Below are positions 1 to 5,230 of a stretch of 5,445 bases of DNA, piece by piece. The first letter of the stretch is position 1; each line of letters opens with the position of its first letter. The position numbers and the translations under genes are program-made. Origin of the DNA: a virus; the IMG/VR virus record IMGVR_UViG_3300029529_000157, positions 1 to 5,445 of that record; one strand, 5' to 3'. The notes beneath the pieces were generated by a model, which saw nothing but the letters and a program-made list of their open reading frames with translations, did no database searches and was not told the origin of the DNA.

Positions 1-722
1 GTCTTGACGCGCACGGCGTCTTTCAGGATGCGGCGGATCTTGTTCCTGTTGGATTCCGTCACGCCTTTGGCGTTGCTTTCCAAGGTTGCGTTGAAGCTGG
101 GGGGAGCGGGACGGACGCGCGACACGGCCAGCCCGGCCGCGCGGGCTTCTTCGGCGCCCACGGGGGCAATGTTCATGCCGGACAGGTAGTCAAAGGGCGG
201 GTAAGGCGTGCCAAAGCGCGAAAGGCGGATCCAGATATCGGAGGCCGCCAGCGCATAGCCGACGATTTCCCCGCGGATGAAGCCGGATGATACCGCTTCC
301 GTGGCTTCTTCTTCCAGCCCGGCCCGGGCACGGTTCCAGCGTTCGGCCCAATAGCGCGGGTCTTCCCGCCCCTGGGAGCGGTAAAATTTGAAGGCGGCCG
401 TGTCTTCGTCCTGCATCCAGTTATACCAGTTCCGGTAGCCGTGAGCCATGGCCGCGTTAGTTTCCATGACGACCTGGATGCGGACCCATGAGGACAAATC
501 CTGAATGCCTCCCTGCCCCGTCGCCGGGGGGCGGTAGCCCTGCTGGCGCAGGGCTTCGCGGATGGCCCGCTGCGCTTCCTCGTAGCTCAAGGCCCCCGAG
601 GCGACCTGGGACGCCTTGTCCTCAAAATCGGACAGGATGACGCCGGGTTCCACCCCGGACACGAAGAAGGCGCGTTCGGCGTAGTCGTTGGCGATCATCT
701 CCATTTGGGCGGCGGTCATCAT
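1..722 (-). CDS. MuF-like head morphogenesis / minor capsid protein (Phage_Mu_F / SPP1 gp7 family); the 3' end runs off the left window edge
   Basis: Absent from the ORF track because it is truncated. By hand translation the minus strand is stop-free from 722 to 1 (240 codons). The start lies in ATGATGA: ATG 722-720 overlaps the TGA (721-719) of the upstream gene, which suggests translational coupling. The product reads MMTAAQMEMIANDYAERAFFVSGVEPGVILSDFEDKASQVASGALSYEEAQRAIREALRQQGYRPP..SSWVRIQVVMETNAAMAHGYRNWYNWMQDED..FKFYRSQGREDPRYWAERWN..DIWIRLSRFGTPYPPFDYLSGMNIAPV... Three blocks follow the layout I recall for Mu gp30/SPP1 gp7 proteins: 'F-x-V-[AS]-G-V', 'R-I-x-x-V-x-E-T-N-x-x-x-A-x-x-x-G-Y', and the later 'W....Y-P-P'. 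Family assignment is from memory, not from a search. Confidence 0.6.
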   Translation of the reverse strand, partial: MMTAAQMEMIANDYAERAFFVSGVEPGVILSDFEDKASQVASGALSYEEAQRAIREALRQQGYRPPATGQGGIQDLSSWVRIQVVMETNAAMAHGYRNWYNWMQDEDTAAFKFYRSQGREDPRYWAERWNRARAGLEEEATEAVSSGFIRGEIVGYALAASDIWIRLSRFGTPYPPFDYLSGMNIAPVGAEEARAAGLAVSRVRPAPPSFNATLESNAKGVTESNRNKIRRILKDAVRVK

Positions 723-1195
723 CGGTAGGTGCTTCGCATGGGGTTGAACCAGGGGCGGCGCGTGTAGCGCGGCATCATGTAGGCGGGATCCGCGGGCGCG
801 GAGCCGTCCACGCTTTCCGGCAGCATGTCCCCTTTGGCGTAGAGCGCCAGCATCGCGTCCGCCGATTCGGCGGCCTTCTGGCGCGTCTCGGTCAGGTTAA
901 GCTGGTAGCGCAGGTAGAGCTGCCGGATGATCAGCGGCCATGCCAGGGACCGCATGCTTTGCGGAATGTCGTACATGCCGCTGTTCTGGAGCGATTGCCG
1001 CAGGGCGAGGTTGTTGGCCAGCGCCCCGCGGATGGTCATGCAGACATCGTTGACCGCCTCCATCATGACATCCCGGTAGTCCAGGCTGCGCTGTTCCCCG
1101 GCTGTTACCAGGGCATCGCGTTCGGCGGTGTTGAGGCCGAGGAGCCGATCGGCATCATCGGTGGAAATCGTGGACCACGCGGGAAAGGCGGACAT
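719..1195 (-). CDS. Head-tail connector / adaptor protein (Mu gp36 / DUF1320-like)
   Basis: A 158-aa ORF starts 21 nt after the capsid gene stop, in the same direction. The pattern 'T..D...LLGL......L......(D)...V..A..D....I.G.L' followed by 'P..M..LAWPLIIRQLYLRY...LTETRQKAAESADAMLALYAKGDML' resembles the DUF1320/gp36 helical connector family. Its position directly after the major capsid gene is typical of head-completion proteins. Confidence 0.45.
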   Translation of the reverse strand: MSAFPAWSTISTDDADRLLGLNTAERDALVTAGEQRSLDYRDVMMEAVNDVCMTIRGALANNLALRQSLQNSGMYDIPQSMRSLAWPLIIRQLYLRYQLNLTETRQKAAESADAMLALYAKGDMLPESVDGSAPADPAYMMPRYTRRPWFNPMRSTYR

Positions 1196-1216
1196 GATGG
1201 AGGCGGGCGTTGGGGG

Positions 1217-2053
1217 TTAATCGGAGGAGGCCGTGTTGATGCGGATAATGGCGCCGGGGTTGGTCAGCTTGGTCAGCGAGTAGACCCGGTTGGTCACCTT
1301 CGTTTCCTTGTTGGTCGGGAAGTATTCCGTCGTTACTTCCCGCTGGAATTGACCATTAAGCGCAAAGGTCTTGATTGCCGAAGCGTCAAACTGCGTCGGA
1401 GAATCCTCCTTATAGAGGATATAGACGTCGTCTTCCATCATCGTCTTTCCTTGACCGGACGGATCATAGAAAGGCATGTTATTGACGAAGACTTCATTCA
1501 TCCGCATGTACAATGATCTGTTCAACAGATCTTCATTGAAGAGGCCGACGCTGTTGTATGACACCACCTCTCTTGCCAGCGGATTCGCCCGAAGACGGGC
1601 CCAGGCATTGGCGCCGAAAACAATGGTATTCGGCATTTTCCCGGCAGTGGCGTTGATGGTGCGGATCGCATTGTCCAAATCCGTCAGCGGGTTTTTCTGC
1701 GCATTGTCCCAATCACCGTAACCGGAAGCTGCCGGAACCTGGCTTTCGATGAGCTTGGCGCGCTGATATTCGTACGACGTGACGAATTTCGATTCCAGGA
1801 ACCGGGCATGGGCGAGCAGAATCGCCTGCGCCTTCTCCCTGTTGACCCCCAGCAGAATATCGGGAATCGGATCCGTCAGCGCGTAACCTTGAAGGGTGTC
1901 GGTTTCGTTCCTTCCGAGCATGGAAGTCTGGCGGGGCGGTTCGCCCGGCGCGACCTGGATGGGCTCCACCGTAAACGCGGCCGGCGTATCCCAAACCATA
2001 TACTGGAAGGAAATATCGTAAACCGGAACAAGCGGAGCGATGCGGTTGATCAT
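1217..2053 (-). CDS. Major capsid protein, HK97 fold, lambda gpE-like family
   Basis: A 278-aa ORF. Several segments parallel lambda gpE. 'NPLTDLDNAIRTINATAGKMPNTIVFGANAWARLRANP' matches gpE 'TYDPTDDIEAYALNASGVVNIIVFDPKGWALFRS'. 'INRIAPLVPVYDISFQY' matches the N-terminal 'SPIV..' block. The C-terminal 'VYSLTKLTNPGAIIRIN' matches gpE 'MIQSAPLMLLADPDEFVSVQL'. The gene sits after the protease/scaffold and a small decoration-position gene, as in lambda C/Nu3-D-E. The true N-terminus may lie upstream (see findings). Confidence 0.75.
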   Translation of the reverse strand: MINRIAPLVPVYDISFQYMVWDTPAAFTVEPIQVAPGEPPRQTSMLGRNETDTLQGYALTDPIPDILLGVNREKAQAILLAHARFLESKFVTSYEYQRAKLIESQVPAASGYGDWDNAQKNPLTDLDNAIRTINATAGKMPNTIVFGANAWARLRANPLAREVVSYNSVGLFNEDLLNRSLYMRMNEVFVNNMPFYDPSGQGKTMMEDDVYILYKEDSPTQFDASAIKTFALNGQFQREVTTEYFPTNKETKVTNRVYSLTKLTNPGAIIRINTASSD

Positions 2054-2173
2054 GGAATCCCGTTCCGTATTCCCCGCGCCAACGGAGAAAGAGGTCAGGA
2101 CGTCCGTGAACTGATAAGCTGAATAAAATAGATTAGCCCTTGTGGTTGGTCTTTCTAATGGTTAGAGGTGATT

Positions 2174-2605
2174 TCAGGCTGCTGCAACCTGGTATTGAGC
2201 GACAAACCCGATTTCTATTTTCCCCGGCTCCCAACGGTTATGGATGGCTCGTCCATAGACGGTTTCTCCGCTGGCGGCGGCTTTCCAGGTCCCGTTGGCG
2301 GTGATGGTCACCGGCGTTCCTACGCTGATCGTTCCGGGAGTCTCGGCAAGAGACGCTTTGGCCAGACCAGCGAACATGCCGACCAGAACGGCGCAGCAGG
2401 TGCCACGGTCCGGCTGGATTTGAGTGACAAGTCCGAGCAGCTGGTCCTGGGTGGGAAGAGCCGTCAGCGGGGTTCCGATCAGCTCGGGAATATCCGGGTT
2501 TCCGGTCAGTGCGACGACGCATCCTTCCAGGGCGGACAGGTCAACGCCTTCCGGCGCGTTGAAGTAGACTTCGGCGTCTGTTTGGGTGATGTTGATTGAT
2601 GGCAT
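2174..2605 (-). CDS. Small head protein in the decoration/cement position (DUF2190-like)
   Basis: A 143-aa ORF between the protease/scaffold gene and the major capsid gene, the position of lambda gpD. It is rich in Gly, Ala, Val and Thr and looks beta-rich. Its C-terminal 'VGTPVTITANGTWKAAASGETVYGRAIHN...GKIEIGF' resembles DUF2190 proteins that sit upstream of gpE-like capsid genes. An in-frame stop lies 3 codons upstream of the ATG, so the start is well bounded. Confidence 0.45.
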   Translation of the reverse strand: MPSINITQTDAEVYFNAPEGVDLSALEGCVVALTGNPDIPELIGTPLTALPTQDQLLGLVTQIQPDRGTCCAVLVGMFAGLAKASLAETPGTISVGTPVTITANGTWKAAASGETVYGRAIHNRWEPGKIEIGFVAQYQVAAA

Positions 2606-2625
2606 TGGTTTTTAGCGGTTAGTGG

Positions 2626-3747
2626 TTATCGTTCGTTGACAACAATGAAGCCTTCTTTGGTCGCTTTCTGGCAGGCGTCATAGCGCTTCATTCCTTCCTT
2701 CATGAGTTCGTTCACGCGGTTGTTGAATCCGTCAATGGATTCCTTCTTGCGGAACGGATCAGGGGGATTCAGAGTCGCGCGGCGGTTCAGAGGCGTCCTT
2801 TGCGGAAGCTTCTTCTGCTCCGGCTGCTCCTGTTTCGGTGCGGGCGCCTGGCGGTTGAGCGCACGGATAAAAGCGTTCAGCGCGGCGGGGCTTTCCCGGA
2901 GCGAGTTTTTCAGCTCTTCCCGGCGTTCTTCCGTGAATTCCTCGCGTTCTTCCTCGTCCAGCGCGTTTTCGTACGTGCTGACGGCGTCGTCCACTTCGGC
3001 GTTCACGTGGTCTTTCTCGCGCTTTTCCAGCGAGAGCAGTTCATCAAGTCGTCCGAGGATCGCCCTGCTCATGTCGTCGGTGCCGTCAAATTCGACATCC
3101 AGCTTGTCAAGCAGGGAATCGAACAGGGCCCGCTGGGCCTTGTCCATCTCCTTGGACGGATATTCTCTATCGTCGTTGTCCATATTGGTGTTCTGGGTTG
3201 TTTCCCCCTCTTCGCGGGGCTTTTGGTGTTTGGGTTCGCCCCCGGCCTCGTCGGAGGCGGGGGAAGTCTGTCGGTTGACCAGCGGCCGCTTTCCCTTGAT
3301 GCGCGGCCGGTTGGTCAGGGCGAAGCCGGTCAGGCGCGACGGTCGGTAAACGCCGTCCGTCAAGGTCATCCCTTCGCCGTATTCCGTGGATGACTGCGTG
3401 TATTCCTTGTCCTGCAGCATTTGCAGGCCGCGGGGCGTCCATTCAATGAAGCCGTAGAGTTCCAGCGTTCCGGAAGGATCTCGGTAGGTGTCCAGCCTCT
3501 TGAGCCATCCAAGCGCGCGCGTATCGCGGGAAAGGTCGTGGCTCAGGTGGTCGCCGTCGATGAGCATGCCCGGGCCGTCAAAGGTGCGGGCGTTGAAGTC
3601 GTCCACCATGTCCCGGATCGCCTGCTCGTCGATGCGCAGCACGGCGGGTCCTTCGCCGTAGTCGACGTCATGGTCTCCGCTCTTCTCAATGTGGAACCAG
3701 CCGTTGGCGGGTCGGGACAGGTCATTGATTTGTTTTGTACTGATCAT
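2626..3747 (-). CDS. Prohead protease with C-terminal scaffold domain (Mu gpI-like, 'Mu-like prophage I protein' family)
   Basis: A 373-aa ORF. N-terminal residues ~1-150 contain 'GWFHI..G......G...L.ID..AI..MV..FN......L.IDGDHLSH......ALGWLKRL....D.SG.LELYGFIEWTPRG..ML.....Y.QSSTEY......G.YRPSRLTGFALTNRPRI'. This matches the recalled Mu I protease pattern (iDyeH...a.Gwi..l....dGLw..v.WT......yrylSp.f...l.gvaLtn.Pal). The C-terminal half is acidic and coiled-coil-like (DEEEREEFTEERREELK), as expected for a scaffold. The start overlaps the portal stop by 26 nt. Confidence 0.8.
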   Translation of the reverse strand: MISTKQINDLSRPANGWFHIEKSGDHDVDYGEGPAVLRIDEQAIRDMVDDFNARTFDGPGMLIDGDHLSHDLSRDTRALGWLKRLDTYRDPSGTLELYGFIEWTPRGLQMLQDKEYTQSSTEYGEGMTLTDGVYRPSRLTGFALTNRPRIKGKRPLVNRQTSPASDEAGGEPKHQKPREEGETTQNTNMDNDDREYPSKEMDKAQRALFDSLLDKLDVEFDGTDDMSRAILGRLDELLSLEKREKDHVNAEVDDAVSTYENALDEEEREEFTEERREELKNSLRESPAALNAFIRALNRQAPAPKQEQPEQKKLPQRTPLNRRATLNPPDPFRKKESIDGFNNRVNELMKEGMKRYDACQKATKEGFIVVNER

Positions 3748-4987
3748 CGGTAAATCCTTTCATGAGGCCGGCGTAAATCATTTGCTGCAGCTGTTCATAG
3801 GCATCGGGCGGAATGAGGGCTTTTTCCGGCTCCCTGTTGGCCGCCGCCGTCACCGGACCGGGGTCCCGCGTGTCCTCGATCGACATGCCGATCTTTTCTT
3901 CGATTTCGGTCTTCTCGGGGCGGACGCCTCCGTCGGCAAGGGCGGCAATTTCCTCGGCCTTCTGCAGCGGCGTCTGGACGGTGTCAAAGGTGATGTGGAG
4001 TCTGGCCAGCGGTTCGCCGTCTCCCAGGACAAGCGGGCTGATGGCGGCGTTAAAAGCTTCGGCTACTTTGGAACAGACCGCGGAGACGACCGAATTCCAG
4101 CTGTCCGTGTGCGCTCCTCCGGCCAGCGTGCCGGATCCTGATTCATTCAGAACGGTCAGAGTGCCGGCCATCACAAACCGCACCTGGTCCTTGTCGGCCA
4201 TGTTGATTCGGGAGAGGAAATAGTTTTCGTTGATGTTGGAGGCTTTCAACGGTTCGGCGGTGCAGCCGGGAGGCAGCACGATGGTTGCGCCGGATTTAAG
4301 CTGCTCGCCGGCCCGTTCCAGCGCGTCCATGATGGCGGGGCTCGCGTCCTTGGGAGCCATGATGATGGCCGGAGCGCTTCCGTAGCGGTCCATATGATTG
4401 TCCCACGTAACTTTGGCGTGATTCCGCTCAAAAGAGGCGCGGGTTGCCGGGAAAAGAATGGGGTTCCGGTGCTCCATGACCACGAGCGTTTCTTCTTCCA
4501 CGCTTTCCCCTGTGTCGACCCCGATGTAGCACTGGGGGTTGAACTGCCAGTCGTTCAGCGCTCCGGGCCGCACCCAGTACCGCTGCGGAATGAATTCAAA
4601 GCGGCGGCCCCAGGAATCTTCGATGTATTGGAGATGGGCGTAACCGTAAAACATAGCGGAGGCCAACTGCCCAAAGGCCTGTTGAAGTCCGGTGACGGAG
4701 TGATAGAATTCTTCCAGCGCGTTCTGCTGACGCTTGGATTCTGGGCTGTCGTCCGCGGCGTCAATCTTCCATCCCTGCATGGAGACGCTTTCAATGAGTC
4801 GGGAATAGAGCATGCCCAGCAAGCCGTCCGAGTAGATGACCTCGTCCCAAATGAGCATTTGGCGGGCAAAGGCTCCCCGCCGCGCTTCGTTCCGGGCGTC
4901 AATCAGGGTTTGCAGGTCGGCGCCCTGTAACGGGTCCCAATATTCATACCATTGAGGCTGGTTAGGCTTCCGGCTCTGTTCCGTCAA
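3722..4987 (-). CDS. Portal protein (DUF935 / Mu gp29-like)
   Basis: A 421-aa ORF directly upstream of the protease/scaffold gene. 'LQTLIDARNEARRGAFARQMLIWDEVIYSDGLLGMLYSRLIESVSMQGWKI' fits the N-terminal DUF935 block (l...l..ae.Gd...q..l..dm.e.D.hl......R..av..l.w.i). 'GTLTVLNESGSGTLAGGAHTDSWNSVV' fits the 'ilGqtlTte.g..Gs.a...vh..vr' block. The start codon on the track is TTG (4987-4985), not ATG, so the 5' boundary is uncertain. Confidence 0.8.
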   Translation of the reverse strand: MTEQSRKPNQPQWYEYWDPLQGADLQTLIDARNEARRGAFARQMLIWDEVIYSDGLLGMLYSRLIESVSMQGWKIDAADDSPESKRQQNALEEFYHSVTGLQQAFGQLASAMFYGYAHLQYIEDSWGRRFEFIPQRYWVRPGALNDWQFNPQCYIGVDTGESVEEETLVVMEHRNPILFPATRASFERNHAKVTWDNHMDRYGSAPAIIMAPKDASPAIMDALERAGEQLKSGATIVLPPGCTAEPLKASNINENYFLSRINMADKDQVRFVMAGTLTVLNESGSGTLAGGAHTDSWNSVVSAVCSKVAEAFNAAISPLVLGDGEPLARLHITFDTVQTPLQKAEEIAALADGGVRPEKTEIEEKIGMSIEDTRDPGPVTAAANREPEKALIPPDAYEQLQQMIYAGLMKGFTDDQYKTNQ

Positions 4988-5120
4988 CGCTCGCCGGGCC
5001 AGGTCCGTTTCAAGCTCCCTGATTCTGGTCTCCTGTTGGGCGACCAGCTTCGGGGCGTTGAGGATATTTTTGACGGCGTTAAACCTGAGGCGAAAAGAAA
5101 GGAAAAGTTTGGTTGCAGGG

Positions 5121-5161
5121 GGAGGAGTTGGACCTCCGACATGAGGACAGGAACCTCATAT
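5121..5161 (-). other. Two adjacent short hairpins in the transcribed spacer upstream of the portal gene
   Basis: In plus-strand coordinates the first hairpin is GGAGG(5121-5125)-7 nt-CCTCC(5133-5137). The second is ATGAGG(5141-5146)-7 nt-CCTCAT(5154-5159). In the minus-sense RNA the second stem extends to 8 bp through a G-U pair (5140/5160) and an A-U pair (5139/5161). That extension is not possible in the plus-sense RNA, where 5140/5160 is a C/A mismatch. The stems are short, so significance is uncertain. Confidence 0.25.
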
Positions 5162-5199
5162 GATACCGTTTCACCACCCTGCGATTGTTTACATATCGT

Positions 5200-5228
5200 C
5201 ATATATTGATATCTTGATATGTTGTCAA
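5200..5228 (-). promoter_or_regulatory. Candidate sigma70-type promoter firing towards the portal gene
   Basis: On the minus strand there is a perfect -35 hexamer TTGACA (5228-5223). A 17-nt spacer ACATATCAAGATATCAA follows, then TATATG (5205-5200), which matches TATAAT at 4 of 6 positions but lacks the invariant final T. The site begins 2 nt after the TerL stop and lies in the most AT-rich patch of the window. This is motif evidence only. Confidence 0.3.
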
Positions 5229-5229
5229 C
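5206..5229. repeat. Three tandem octamers TTGATATC / TTGATATG / TTGTCAAC overlapping the candidate promoter
   Basis: Read directly from the plus strand at 5206-5229. The first unit contains the palindrome GATATC. Further ATATC/GATAT cores occur at 5193-5197 and 5234-5238, so four cores are spaced about 8 or 16 nt apart. The repeat itself is certain; any function as an operator or activator site is inferred. Confidence 0.5.
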
Positions 5230-5230
5230 C

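Noticed and set aside
4-189. A plus-strand 61-aa ORF at the left edge, and the plus-strand ORF at 4952-5209
   Set aside because: The first is antisense to the MuF-like gene, which is open across the whole 1-722 region. The second lies in the spacer, has a junk-like sequence, and has no downstream plus-strand gene, since the region beyond it is occupied by TerL on the other strand.
2168-2599. A plus-strand 143-aa ORF that almost exactly mirrors the 143-aa minus-strand gene at 2174-2605
   Set aside because: The equal length is a coincidence of antisense stop-codon depletion. The plus-strand product (..GGGFPGPVGGDGHRRSYADRSGS..) looks non-protein-like. The minus-strand gene fits the operon in direction, spacing and synteny.
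1713-4902. Alternate-frame minus-strand ORFs nested in real genes (1713-1994, 2238-2522, 3167-3442, 3543-3725, 3850-4032, 4246-4431, 4555-4902)
   Set aside because: These are Arg/Pro/Gly-rich out-of-frame readings of the capsid, decoration, protease and portal genes. Nothing indicates overprinted genes.
959-4930. Large plus-strand ORFs (959-1516, 1476-1721, 1808-2122, 2168-2599, 2702-3349, 2800-3393, 3421-3753, 3689-4141, 3813-4223, 4394-4930)
   Set aside because: All lie antisense to recognisable structural genes. Their products are low-complexity and rich in Arg, Gly, Ser and Pro. For example, the Ser/Phe-rich 2702-3349 ORF is the complement of the Glu-rich scaffold codons. Long antisense ORFs are expected in GC-rich coding DNA, and I saw no family resemblance.
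5121-5137. The GGAGG-7 nt-CCTCC hairpin as an intrinsic terminator for the terminase transcript
   Set aside because: The stem is only 5 bp. In the minus sense the T-rich tract starts about 15 nt after the stem rather than abutting it. This does not fit a canonical rho-independent terminator.
4984-5202. A 72-aa minus-strand ORF filling the TerL-portal spacer, whose TGA overlaps the portal TTG (TTGA)
   Set aside because: As a stand-alone gene it is unconvincing. The product is rich in Ser, Pro and Arg and low in complexity (..SKISSTPRSWSPNRRPESGSLKRTWPGER). Third-position GC is only about 56% by hand count. Its ATG is the last half of the candidate -10 box, so it would have no leader. Its 3' two-thirds overlaps a better-looking extension of the portal frame. 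I kept it only as a possible upstream frame in the frameshift hypothesis.
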